Below are positions 1 to 8,491 of a stretch of DNA of 20,000 nucleotides, piece after piece. The stretch comes from an uncultured virus (IMG/VR IMGVR_UViG_3300023117_000015) (lineage: Duplodnaviria; Heunggongvirae; Uroviricota; Caudoviricetes): IMG/VR virus record IMGVR_UViG_3300023117_000015; one strand, given 5' to 3'. A model generated the notes under the pieces. That model was not told the DNA's origin, did no database searches, and was given only the letters and a program-made list of their open reading frames with translations. The translations under genes were made by a program, and so were the position numbers. Positions within the stretch are counted from its first letter, which is position 1; the number at the start of each line of letters is the position of its first letter.

Positions 1-2
1 AA

Positions 3-1130
3 ATCTACTCCAGCAGAACCAGTAGCCTCCGCAACCTCTTTTTTGTGTTTTTGTATTAACATATATGACATATTAGCAGAAATAATAAGTAAAACTGCCA
101 ACGGATCAAATACAAATATGATCGCAATTATAACCCACCTAACTGCGTTTTCTAATATGTCTGTGTTCGCCTCTTGTCCATATATCATCTCTGCAATATA
201 TTTAAGTGGTCCAACTTCCGCTTCCAATTTACGATAAGTTGACTCTAACTCAAATTTTTCAGAATTCAATTTTGTGATTTCATCTTCAGATGTTATTATG
301 GTCGATTGCAATCTTTCTATTCTAACGGTATCGGTCTCATCTAAACCGTCTGTAGTGATTCTCACCCTAAGTCTATCAATTAATTCTTGACTCTTGCTCA
401 ATTGTTCTGTTTCTTTTGAACGCAATTCAGTAATCTTGGCACGGGCAACATCCAAAACATCATCAACCCTACCTTCTTCTCTTTCCCTATACTCAGTGAC
501 CTTTTTGGCGGTTTCTGGACCATATTTACCATCTGGTAGAGTACCAATCAAAGATTGTAATGAACGAATGTCATTGTTTCTCACATATTCTTCTAATAAA
601 TCTAAGTTTTCATTAGCAGAATTTATTATTTCATTTTGTTCGTCCACTAACTTTTGAAAGTTGGTTTGTACAGTTTCTATACGTTCTTCTTCTGCCGAAA
701 TTTGTTCATTAATTTCTTTGTTTTTAGTTATATCTTTGTTTTCTAACTTTTCAATATTTTCTTCTGATGTTGATATTAAAGTGGACAACCGTATTATCTT
801 ACGATCAATCTGTTCTATTTTCGCAATATTTTCTTCGGCCTCGGCAGTTTGTTCTATGTGCGCAGAAGATAAGAATCCAAAAATACCCATACTAGTTATT
901 AGCATCAAAACTATAACGGCGGATGTAAGATAAATTTTAAGTAATCTTGGCGCAACATTCCAATGTCTGTGAAGCCAGACAGCGGTAACAAGTTTACCAA
1001 CCTCAAGGACACCACCCATGATTATGATTGGTACTAATGCGGCCGCAAAAATCTTTGACAGGCCTATAATTGAATAATAGGCAGCAACTCCACTGATGCT
1101 GATTGCCACCAAAAATGTTAAGAGAGTCAA
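3..1130 (-). CDS. Membrane-anchored coiled-coil protein of T4-like phages (partial, runs off the window start); contains a peptidoglycan-binding-like motif
   Basis: Not in the ORF track because there is no stop in the window. TTG start at 1130 after GGAGA. Translation MTLLTFLVAISISGVAAYYSIIGLSKIF...SMGIFGFLSSAH, then a long coiled coil with LQSLIGTLPDGKYGPET, then EAEVGPLKYIAEMIYG...WVIIAIIFVFDPLAVLLII. Confidence 0.8.
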   Translation of the reverse strand, partial: MTLLTFLVAISISGVAAYYSIIGLSKIFAAALVPIIIMGGVLEVGKLVTAVWLHRHWNVAPRLLKIYLTSAVIVLMLITSMGIFGFLSSAHIEQTAEAEENIAKIEQIDRKIIRLSTLISTSEENIEKLENKDITKNKEINEQISAEEERIETVQTNFQKLVDEQNEIINSANENLDLLEEYVRNNDIRSLQSLIGTLPDGKYGPETAKKVTEYREREEGRVDDVLDVARAKITELRSKETEQLSKSQELIDRLRVRITTDGLDETDTVRIERLQSTIITSEDEITKLNSEKFELESTYRKLEAEVGPLKYIAEMIYGQEANTDILENAVRWVIIAIIFVFDPLAVLLIISANMSYMLIQKHKKEVAEATGSAGVD

Positions 1131-1131
1131 T

Positions 1132-1800
1132 TTATTCTCCTAGATTATGTCCATACTCGTCATAGTAATCATCTAAGATGATATTCTTAAACAAATCTTT
1201 ATAATAATCTATATTTATGTTCAAAAAGACAGAATAATTTTTACACTTCTTTTTAAACATAGGAAAGTAAATAGAATCACTTATTTTTTCTTCTTGTGTG
1301 TTTAATATGTCAAACATTTCATCAAAGATAATGAAAGTTTCCAAAGATATTTCACCCAAGTTTTCCATTTTCATAATAAATGGATATTGTCCTTTTATAG
1401 ATTTGAAAATATTATCAAATCTTAAATCATTTTCTACTGCCTTGTTTATAATTTTATAAACATCTTCTTTAAAATTATAAGACATACTCTGAACTCTACG
1501 TTTCCATTGTTTATACGATTCGAGAGTTTCGTCGTCTAATAAGTTACCTGTCCACATATACTCACTATTTAAATTAAGGTAAGTTGCAAGTAAAAATTCT
1601 TCAAGTTCTTTTTTCGTAAATCTACGAGAAAGTTCTTGAAAGGTAGATTTATCTTGTCTCTTATGAAACGCAGATTCTTTTAGGCTAGTTTTTCCTTTAT
1701 ATTGTTTATAATCATAATCGCCTTGGAAATGAGATTTCATTGCTACATATATTTTAAAGGCTTCGAAATCATCCATCTTTCTACTCGACAATATCATCAT
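1132..1800 (-). CDS. gp59: T4 gp59-like loader of DNA helicase
   Basis: FEAFKIYVAMKSHF..YDY..YKGK, FHKRQDK.TF, ISLETF motifs; directly downstream of gp33 as in T4. The start may be the Met at 1776. Confidence 0.85.
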   Translation of the reverse strand: MMILSSRKMDDFEAFKIYVAMKSHFQGDYDYKQYKGKTSLKESAFHKRQDKSTFQELSRRFTKKELEEFLLATYLNLNSEYMWTGNLLDDETLESYKQWKRRVQSMSYNFKEDVYKIINKAVENDLRFDNIFKSIKGQYPFIMKMENLGEISLETFIIFDEMFDILNTQEEKISDSIYFPMFKKKCKNYSVFLNINIDYYKDLFKNIILDDYYDEYGHNLGE

Positions 1801-2021
1801 AGTGGTAATCGTGTTACAGTTTTAGGAATCATATTTAGATTTTCGGCTTCGTATTGTATTTTCTCTTTTAAATTAGATGAAACCAATTTAGATACAGATT
1901 CTACATCCAAATCATTTTCTTCGCAATACTCTAGAATTGCCTCGATATAAGACAATCCAAATTCTTTTGCATATTTTTCTATTTCATTACAGAATTCTTT
2001 AGTACTTTTCACATTTAACAT
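1797..2021 (-). CDS. gp33: T4 gp33-like late transcription coactivator
   Basis: F..EIE....SYIEAILEYCEENDLDVE.VSKLVS..LKEKI..EAENLN. Confidence 0.9.
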   Translation of the reverse strand: MLNVKSTKEFCNEIEKYAKEFGLSYIEAILEYCEENDLDVESVSKLVSSNLKEKIQYEAENLNMIPKTVTRLPL

Positions 2022-2030
2022 AAAAATCTC

Positions 2031-2513
2031 CTACTTTCCTTTTATTCTATAAAAAATGTGAGAACCAATTTGAGTTATTCTATCAAGTGTTGGAGCCCAA
2101 TAAGGTTTTACATATGTCGCATGATAATGTGTTGCACCTTCGGTTATTCCAATATATTCACCATGAATATAAAAGTCCCTAGCATATTTTCTAGATTTTT
2201 CCCACGAATCAGAATTAGAAGGAACATCTGATTTACCATCACAATACCAACTAAACTGACAAGTTCTTTTTCCTACTTCATATCCGTCATGCACAACTCC
2301 ACATATTGTGTTTGGATACTTAGAATGATTAACTCGATTTAAAACAACATCTGAAACAGCCATCGCATCTGCAAGAGATGAGGCATGTGTCTCAAAGTAA
2401 ATATTCAGTGCCAAACATTCTATTGACTTTTCGTCTTCTATAGTATAAGGACCAGTAGCATTACTACTACTGGCCAAACTTCCTACGACTAATGCAAGGA
2501 TTAGTTTTTTCAT
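2031..2513 (-). CDS. Cell wall hydrolase, SleB/Hydrolase_2 family, with signal peptide
   Basis: CLALNIYFE, VVLNRV...YPNTICGVV, CQFSWYCDGK, GATHYHATYVKPYW, IGSHIFY. Start moved to MKKL (2513) because a sigma70 promoter overlaps the longer start. Confidence 0.9.
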   Translation of the reverse strand: MKKLILALVVGSLASSSNATGPYTIEDEKSIECLALNIYFETHASSLADAMAVSDVVLNRVNHSKYPNTICGVVHDGYEVGKRTCQFSWYCDGKSDVPSNSDSWEKSRKYARDFYIHGEYIGITEGATHYHATYVKPYWAPTLDRITQIGSHIFYRIKGK

Positions 2514-2548
2514 TTTACTGCTCTCATTTGTTATTTCGTATGAGAACA

Positions 2549-2577
2549 AATCTAACATATTATTTCGAATATGTCAA
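2549..2577 (-). promoter_or_regulatory. Sigma70-like early promoter TTGACA-N17-TAGATT
   Basis: Consensus -35 with 17-bp spacer upstream of the hydrolase gene. Confidence 0.6.
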
Positions 2578-2588
2578 GCTGTATTAAG

Positions 2589-2810
2589 TTAGTCTTTTTT
2601 AGAAACAAAAGAATACATTTCTTTTGCTTTTTCCATTAGTTCATCCATAGAATAAGGTTGGCAAGATTTGTGAAATTCTTCAGCCGTTGCTTTATTTGCC
2701 TCGAACTGCTGTCTCCAAAAGTCCATATTAATTTGGTACTGTTGATCCATGTAGTCTTTTGCAAGTTTGAGCATATCTGCTCTGATTTCAAATGGGTTTT
2801 TGTTTGACAT
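2589..2810 (-). CDS. Small hypothetical protein of T4-like phages (MSNKNPFEIR...AKEMYSFVS)
   Basis: AGGAGA RBS before the ATG at 2810; CA-rich leader; ATAAATA at 2842-2848. Confidence 0.75.
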   Translation of the reverse strand: MSNKNPFEIRADMLKLAKDYMDQQYQINMDFWRQQFEANKATAEEFHKSCQPYSMDELMEKAKEMYSFVSKKD

Positions 2811-2844
2811 TTTTTTCTCCTGTGTTGTGTGTGTCAAATTGTAT

Positions 2845-3096
2845 TTATCGCCTTTCTAATTCCGAAATTCTTTTTTCCAAAGAATCTATCTGATATGCGA
2901 TATTCGGATACTTTTTGCGCCATGCATTTTCAGTATCCAGAATCTTTAAGTTATATCTATCCGCGGCCCAATCGTAAAATTGTTCCATTTTTTTATAGAA
3001 CCATTTTCCCATTTTTGTATTTTCAAACCATGCGTTTGTAGCTCCGCCCAAAATACTTCCTGCGATTGCAGATAATGCCCAAAACCATAAAGTCAT
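2845..3096 (-). CDS. Hypothetical protein with N-terminal hydrophobic segment
   Basis: GGAGA RBS; 4-bp overlap with the exonuclease stop; TATAAATA at 3215-3222 upstream. Confidence 0.7.
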   Translation of the reverse strand: MTLWFWALSAIAGSILGGATNAWFENTKMGKWFYKKMEQFYDWAADRYNLKILDTENAWRKKYPNIAYQIDSLEKRISELERR

Positions 3097-3770
3097 TTTA
3101 TATTCTCCATGTATTCTGTTACCATATCTCTCATTTGCATTATGTGTTTATCTCTTTTAGATGTAAACACTTCTGGTTCATCAGAACCATCTACCGCAGC
3201 GATGATAACGAGATTATTTATAGGAATTTTATATCTTTCCTCAAACATTACCGCATATGCGGAGGCCTGTCTAAAATATTTTTCTAGTTTCCCGTATGGA
3301 TCGCCTTTCATTGATTGTCTCGAAGTTTTAAAGTCGATGATAGATAACTTGCCGTCAAACTTGGCGACACAATCGACCGTGCCAGCAAGTTCTAAATGAT
3401 CTGAATACATGGATTGTTCTTGCAAGTGAATATCGTCTACTGATTCGTCCAATACTGGTTTTAGTATTCTAAAGAGTTCCATATCAGTAGGTAAAAGTTT
3501 TTTAAAATCTATATCAACATTATTTAAATAATCTTCACAAAGATGGTGGACAGCCGTACCTCGTCTGGCCGCCTGAGTTGTTATCTTATTTGCAGTCTCT
3601 GCACCAACTCTTTCTCTCCACTGTTTTATACCCTTTGCAGAAAACCAGCCAAGTACAGTTGTCACCGAAGGATATTTGTTGCCTTCTGGTGTAACGTACA
3701 TACGTTTACCGTTAACATTTTCTGTGATTAGTTTAGAATGTTCAAGATTCAAATCAACATGATTAAACAT
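3093..3770 (-). CDS. PD-(D/E)XK exonuclease of T4-like phages
   Basis: YPSVTTVL, RGTAVH, AGTVDC...IIDFKTS, QASAYA motifs. Confidence 0.88.
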   Translation of the reverse strand: MFNHVDLNLEHSKLITENVNGKRMYVTPEGNKYPSVTTVLGWFSAKGIKQWRERVGAETANKITTQAARRGTAVHHLCEDYLNNVDIDFKKLLPTDMELFRILKPVLDESVDDIHLQEQSMYSDHLELAGTVDCVAKFDGKLSIIDFKTSRQSMKGDPYGKLEKYFRQASAYAVMFEERYKIPINNLVIIAAVDGSDEPEVFTSKRDKHIMQMRDMVTEYMENIK

Positions 3771-3780
3771 AAATTACTTT

Positions 3781-4680
3781 CTACTTGTCTTTCATTCCCA
3801 TAAGTTGAGATAATGTCTTACCTCTTGGAATTTTTTTCATTATCATATCATACAGTTTTTGTTTGATTGCAGCACCCTGCAACTGACCACCAGGCCCCTT
3901 TTTGATATCTTTCAACATAGGTTTGCCTTCTTTTTTCACTGTGGTATATTCAAAGTCTTTGACTGTGAGATTACCTTTTGCGTTTTTAATAGGATTACCT
4001 TGTTGATCCGTATAAAATACTGTATGTTCCTTTCCACCCATAATAACATGAACAGAACCATCCATTCCAGATGGCAATCCGCCCTCAATAAAACCAAGTA
4101 CAGTTTTTGCAGCACCTTCATGAGTCTGTAAAAGAATATCATCTGGCACAACTCTTGACCTTGATTTATTTTGTTTCACTGCGACCGAATAATCAGTGAG
4201 AACCCAAACTAAATGAATGTCTTTGGGATCATACCCTACAGACAATAGTGAAGGCAATACATCTGTTATGTGTCCAACCTTTTTCATTGTAACATCAAAA
4301 ACGATATTTGGCAAGCGTCCTTTTTCTAAATCTTGTAAAAGTAAGGATATTGTCTTATCCTTTAGATTTAATTCTTCTACATGTTTGTGTAGTTTAAATA
4401 CATCGTCTGGATTACGCAAATCTAAATTAAGTAATTCTGGTTTTGATCTTTTGATTTCATTTATTTTAAGTAATAGTCTTTTCCATTCATCAACATCTCT
4501 TACTTTAAATTTTTCGCCTTGCATAAAATTAGCAAGACTAAATCCTTTACCAGAACCAGCACCACCAGCTAAAAATACAATTTGATTATATTTTGAACCT
4601 TTTCCAACAATAACTTGTTTTTCTTCTAGATATTCTTCTAGTAGCAATTCTTCTCTTATATCTACAAAACTCTTAGTCAT
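3781..4680 (-). CDS. P-loop NTPase/kinase (zeta-toxin/AAA_33-like), probably late-expressed
   Basis: Walker A FLAGGAGSGKG, Walker B NIVFD, lid N..R.R.VP; TATAAATA at 4724-4731. Confidence 0.75.
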   Translation of the reverse strand: MTKSFVDIREELLLEEYLEEKQVIVGKGSKYNQIVFLAGGAGSGKGFSLANFMQGEKFKVRDVDEWKRLLLKINEIKRSKPELLNLDLRNPDDVFKLHKHVEELNLKDKTISLLLQDLEKGRLPNIVFDVTMKKVGHITDVLPSLLSVGYDPKDIHLVWVLTDYSVAVKQNKSRSRVVPDDILLQTHEGAAKTVLGFIEGGLPSGMDGSVHVIMGGKEHTVFYTDQQGNPIKNAKGNLTVKDFEYTTVKKEGKPMLKDIKKGPGGQLQGAAIKQKLYDMIMKKIPRGKTLSQLMGMKDK

Positions 4681-5117
4681 CAGTTATTTCCGTTCTTAAT
4701 TTCTTGTATTGCTTCTGCATTCTTATTTATATTTTGATTTTGTCCTAAATCTATCAGATGTTGTAATTTTCTGGCCTTTTCTGCATCACTATCAAGATGC
4801 AAGTCTTTATTAATTATTTTTTCAAGTTTCAAAAAAGGAATTCTAGAATTTGGGACGTATCTCCAAGTATATCCCCTGTCACTATAAACACCAAATACAG
4901 TTTCCATCGCACCTATTTTTACAATAATTGCCTCTGCACCATCTAATAAAACTTTATCGCCTTCGTTAAAGGAGTTGTTCATTTTGAACGTGAACCCCTT
5001 AACGAATGCGTCTACAAAATTTTTAACCCAAAGGGCAATAATAAGAGATAAGAGTACTCCTATCCATGGCAACAATAGGTTTGTTAAATCCATAGATAAA
5101 GAATTTAAATCTGACAT
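4680..5117 (-). CDS. Short MscS-like protein (one TM helix plus beta domain)
   Basis: TM segment then NFVDAFVKG...FNEGDKVLLDG..A.IVKIG....T....VPNSRI, resembling the MscS middle domain; AGGAGG RBS. Confidence 0.65.
   Translation of the reverse strand: MSDLNSLSMDLTNLLLPWIGVLLSLIIALWVKNFVDAFVKGFTFKMNNSFNEGDKVLLDGAEAIIVKIGAMETVFGVYSDRGYTWRYVPNSRIPFLKLEKIINKDLHLDSDAEKARKLQHLIDLGQNQNINKNAEAIQEIKNGNN
4724..4731 (-). promoter_or_regulatory. T4-type late promoter TATAAATA
   Basis: Exact consensus about 44 nt upstream of the P-loop gene. Confidence 0.55.
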
Positions 5118-5139
5118 TTCAACCTCCTAGTGGAGTTGA

Positions 5140-5469
5140 CTATTCCATAGCTACTTGCTCTTCCCCCATAATATTTTTCATTTCTTCAATACAAAAATCC
5201 ATATCTTCTATCAAGGGATTTTCAATATTTAATTGCCTGTCAACTGCCGCCTGTATGTACATATTTATAAAAGATAAATCGTCTGTAATTTTTTTACTAC
5301 TTACATCAAATCCATGATAACATAAAACATCACATAACATGTATAGTAGCTCATTTGATAATTCATTTGAATATTCTATTGTATCTCTATATGCAGAAAA
5401 TTTTAATCCTTTTGAATTTGCTTCTCTTTTTAATTCAAATAATTCTTTTGCGTTTATTAGATTATTCAT
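5140..5469 (-). CDS. Hypothetical protein
   Basis: AGGAGA RBS; fills the operon. Confidence 0.7.
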   Translation of the reverse strand: MNNLINAKELFELKREANSKGLKFSAYRDTIEYSNELSNELLYMLCDVLCYHGFDVSSKKITDDLSFINMYIQAAVDRQLNIENPLIEDMDFCIEEMKNIMGEEQVAME

Positions 5470-5484
5470 GACATTCTCCTACAA

Positions 5485-6198
5485 TTAAATTAAACCTTGT
5501 TCTGTTTTTTTGATAATATAAGATTTGACCAAATCACTTCTCACAATATCATCTTTATTAAATTCAATAAAAGAAAATTGTTCTATTTGTTTAACAATAT
5601 TGATAAACTTCATGAGTCCCTCTCTTTCATCTGAAAATTCAAAATCACTTTGTCTAAAATCTCCACAAAAAATAACTCTACAATTATTTCCAATTCTGGT
5701 AATAATAGAATCAAGTTCGTGAAAGGTCATATTTTGACATTCATCAATAATAATTAAAGTATCCTCAAGAGTTATCCCCCTGATATACGAAGTGGTCATA
5801 AAATTTACTATGGATTTTTTTCTGAGTAATTCGTAGGCATCTCCTCTCTGAAATAATGAGTTAAAGATAGACTTATATGGAGCCTCATAGACTTCTACTT
5901 TTTGTTCTTCGGTGCCGGGCAAGAAACCAATATCTCTAGTAGGGACAACGCTTCTTACGACTGTTAAATTTTTGTACTGTGGTGGTGGATTCATCAATTC
6001 CTGTATTGCTAAATAACAGGCAATATAACTTTTACCTGTACCAGCAAAACCATGTAAAAATAGATGTTCACCATCATTAAATTTTGTAAAAACTTTTTCT
6101 TGTGTATCTGTGATGGGTAATATTGTTTGTAGAGTAAAGTGTGATTCGTTTAGCGCAAATTTATTATTTTTTCTTTTTTTAGTTTGTGCTCTACTCAT
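5485..6198 (-). CDS. phoH: PhoH-family ATPase
   Basis: GFAGTGKS, RSVVPTRDIGFLPG, YIRGITL, IIDECQN, RIG...FCGD..QSD, DIVRS.LVK. Confidence 0.95.
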   Translation of the reverse strand: MSRAQTKKRKNNKFALNESHFTLQTILPITDTQEKVFTKFNDGEHLFLHGFAGTGKSYIACYLAIQELMNPPPQYKNLTVVRSVVPTRDIGFLPGTEEQKVEVYEAPYKSIFNSLFQRGDAYELLRKKSIVNFMTTSYIRGITLEDTLIIIDECQNMTFHELDSIITRIGNNCRVIFCGDFRQSDFEFSDEREGLMKFINIVKQIEQFSFIEFNKDDIVRSDLVKSYIIKKTEQGLI

Positions 6199-6212
6199 TA
6201 AGTATGGCTCCT

Positions 6213-6488
6213 TTATAATTGGCTAAGTCTGCCCTCCGTCGTTTTTCCTGGCATCTTTTTCACCTTATCTAAGACTCCCTCCTTAAAGTCTCTTGGTGGT
6301 CTTCTACTATCTGCATTGCCGTGAATGAAGGGGTCTCCAAGTGAGAACGTAGAAAGGGCCTGTGAGATACAGTTTTCCTCATTACATTTTGGACATGGAG
6401 ATTGTATCGGAATTTCTCTTTCCGAAAGTTTGCGAATTTCTGTAAAAGAATGTTCGCATTTTTTACAGTTGTATGTATAAGTTGGCAT
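6213..6488 (-). CDS. FmdB-family zinc-ribbon protein
   Basis: MPTYTYNCKKC...CPKC; GAGGT RBS before the ATG at 6488. Confidence 0.85.
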   Translation of the reverse strand: MPTYTYNCKKCEHSFTEIRKLSEREIPIQSPCPKCNEENCISQALSTFSLGDPFIHGNADSRRPPRDFKEGVLDKVKKMPGKTTEGRLSQL

Positions 6489-6495
6489 AATAACC

Positions 6496-7269
6496 TCAAA
6501 TATATTTTTTATATGTTGATAGTTTATGATCGTCAATTAAATCCAATAATGGTCTTTTCGAAAATAAACTACCAAGTCTCGCTTTCCATCTTTTCTTTAT
6601 AAAAGTAAATATACTATCTACTTTATAACATTTTTCTTGTTGTTTGTCAACATGATATAAATCTCCCATATGAGAATATAGGAATCCAAAAGGAACTGAT
6701 GGCACAATATCTGCACCACATACATGTCTATATATTTTTGATTGAACATTTTTTTTATACTTTTTATTCCCAACTCTTGGTTGGCCGAAAGTATATACCT
6801 GACAAATATATTTAGACCTAGCTGCAGCGACTGTGGCAAGGGCGCCACCTAACGAATGTCCTGTTAAGTATACCACATCACCATAAGTGTGTAGTAAGTC
6901 TATATGGGTTTCTACTGACTTCCATATCTTATCCAATCCTAATTTAAATCCCATATGGACCAACCCCTGTTTTTCTCCACCAACAGGAATTAGATTAAGA
7001 TCTGTTATGATATCTTTAGGTTCCTCTGTGCCTCTAAATGCCACAATAATCGAGCCAGGCGACTTGATTATCATCGCCTCAGTTCCATCTACGTCGAAAA
7101 ATTTTAATTCTGTTTTGTTGTAATTTTGTAATATATTTCTTACAACTTTTTGATTGTCTGTCATATACACCAACTCGCATATATTGCAAAGGTGTTTTGC
7201 AGTATCTTTGTGATAAAATTCGTGCCTAGGTACAATAGTATTTTTTGAAAAGTATTCTTGCAATTCCAT
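6496..7269 (-). CDS. Class 3 lipase (alpha/beta hydrolase)
   Basis: VAFRGTE, VHMGF, TGHSLGGALA nucleophile elbow, YTFGQPRVGN, DIVPSVP, C-terminal DH; GGAG RBS favours the ATG at 7269. Confidence 0.92.
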   Translation of the reverse strand: MELQEYFSKNTIVPRHEFYHKDTAKHLCNICELVYMTDNQKVVRNILQNYNKTELKFFDVDGTEAMIIKSPGSIIVAFRGTEEPKDIITDLNLIPVGGEKQGLVHMGFKLGLDKIWKSVETHIDLLHTYGDVVYLTGHSLGGALATVAAARSKYICQVYTFGQPRVGNKKYKKNVQSKIYRHVCGADIVPSVPFGFLYSHMGDLYHVDKQQEKCYKVDSIFTFIKKRWKARLGSLFSKRPLLDLIDDHKLSTYKKYI

Positions 7270-7273
7270 GGCC

Positions 7274-7317
7274 ATCTCCGCACAAAGACATAATTCTATT
7301 TTTATTTAGTGCGGAAA
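7274..7317 (-). promoter_or_regulatory. SD-sequestering hairpin containing the late-promoter variant CTAAATA (7303-7309)
   Basis: UCCGCAC (7309-7315) pairs with GUGCGGA (7277-7283), which covers the lipase SD. Confidence 0.6.
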
Positions 7318-7328
7318 TTTTTTCAAAA

Positions 7329-7628
7329 CTACTGTTTTGGGAAGTTTATTACGTTTTCTCCAACTGATTTTTTTGTCTCATCAGATTTAACAACAGATAG
7401 TAAATCTTGTATCAAAGCATCAAGTTTTTCATCTGGCCATTCTGTGGTTATATTACCGACACAATCGGAAACTGTAATGAAAGTATCTTCATCATCAAAT
7501 TCATATTCTGTAAATTCATCATAATCGATGATATCTACTTTACTTTCAATATTTTCTAATCTTTCGTTCATTTCATCCAACTGTGTGCAGATATTAATTA
7601 ACGCTTCTTCGATTTTTCTGTATGACAT
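7329..7628 (-). CDS. Acidic hypothetical protein with N-terminal coiled coil
   Basis: GGAGA RBS before MSYRK; directly under an early promoter. Confidence 0.7.
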   Translation of the reverse strand: MSYRKIEEALINICTQLDEMNERLENIESKVDIIDYDEFTEYEFDDEDTFITVSDCVGNITTEWPDEKLDALIQDLLSVVKSDETKKSVGENVINFPKQ

Positions 7629-7652
7629 GCGAATCTCCATATAATTAATATT

Positions 7653-7681
7653 AATATATTACATAAATTTTAAAATGTCAA
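7653..7681 (-). promoter_or_regulatory. Sigma70-like early promoter TTGACA-N17-TATATT
   Basis: Intergenic consensus match. Confidence 0.7.
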
Positions 7682-7684
7682 GCC

Positions 7685-7915
7685 TTATTGATAAACCTTT
7701 ACATTTTTAGGATTGACTAAGACTGGTTTGCAATATGCTGTAGCCCTATGATCTTCTGGCACATTTCTATAATATTTGTAATTTCCAAATCTTTTTACGA
7801 TTTCACTAGCAAAATAATTACATCTATTAATATCATAAAAATGCATTGGTGGGTCATTTACAGGAGATTTTCCAAGGATTAGAATCAATACAAATAAATG
7901 TGTTACTTCCACCAC
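7685..7915 (-). CDS. Small hypothetical protein (hydrophobic N-terminus, two Cys)
   Basis: ORF overlapping the upstream gene; typical phage small ORF. Confidence 0.65.
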   Translation of the reverse strand: MVEVTHLFVLILILGKSPVNDPPMHFYDINRCNYFASEIVKRFGNYKYYRNVPEDHRATAYCKPVLVNPKNVKVYQ

Positions 7916-8388
7916 CCGGCTCCCAAACCCATGAACCAGACACCACCAACAACTATACCAAAAAGACTAAGTACTAATAATATTACAGCACAATTTTCAA
8001 AGAAAGCTTGTCTTGCTTCTTGTTGTCTATAGATTGTTTCTTCTCTTTCCTTGCGTATTTTTCTACGCAATTCGATCATTTCTTTCCAAGTGCCATATCC
8101 AAAACGAATATTGAGCATATCTTGCAATTGTTTCTCTTGTTCTTCCATTTTTTTCTTATGAACAAGAATCTCTAGTGCCTCCTGCTCAACAGAACCACTA
8201 TTAAAAAGCTTTGTAAAAAGTGGAGGATTTTTTCTTTGAGTTTCCGCTCTACTTAAATCTGCAGCGGCACCATACCATTTTCCAAGTTGTCCGACAACAT
8301 CTTCCAACTCTCTACCGGCATGTACTAACTTCTTAACGCCATTAAATGCTGCCGTTGCAGCTCCTATAGCTGTAATTGGATCTATCAT
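7903..8388 (-). CDS. Phage membrane protein (MIDPITAIGAATAAF..., C-terminal TM), late-expressed
   Basis: GAGGA RBS; TATAAATA at 8415-8422. Confidence 0.75.
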   Translation of the reverse strand: MIDPITAIGAATAAFNGVKKLVHAGRELEDVVGQLGKWYGAAADLSRAETQRKNPPLFTKLFNSGSVEQEALEILVHKKKMEEQEKQLQDMLNIRFGYGTWKEMIELRRKIRKEREETIYRQQEARQAFFENCAVILLVLSLFGIVVGGVWFMGLGAGWWK

Positions 8389-8414
8389 AAATTTTCCTCT
8401 CTCTTCTCGAGGAA

Positions 8415-8422
8415 TATTTATA
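8415..8422 (-). promoter_or_regulatory. T4-type late promoter TATAAATA
   Basis: Exact consensus in an intergenic region. Confidence 0.75.
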
Positions 8423-8452
8423 AAAAGATGCCCTAGAAATTTCTAGGGCATC
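8422..8452 (-). terminator. Intrinsic terminator
   Basis: Perfect 26-nt palindrome GATGCCCTAGAAATTTCTAGGGCATC (8427-8452) followed by a T run on the minus strand. Confidence 0.8.
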
Positions 8453-8491
8453 AAACTACTAACCGTAGTAGTCGGCGGATGTGTTAGGGCA

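Noticed and set aside
3093..3770. Cas4 or CRISPR-associated nuclease
   Set aside because: It lacks the Fe-S cysteine pattern, no repeat-spacer array is visible in the window, and it fits the ordinary T4-like exonuclease
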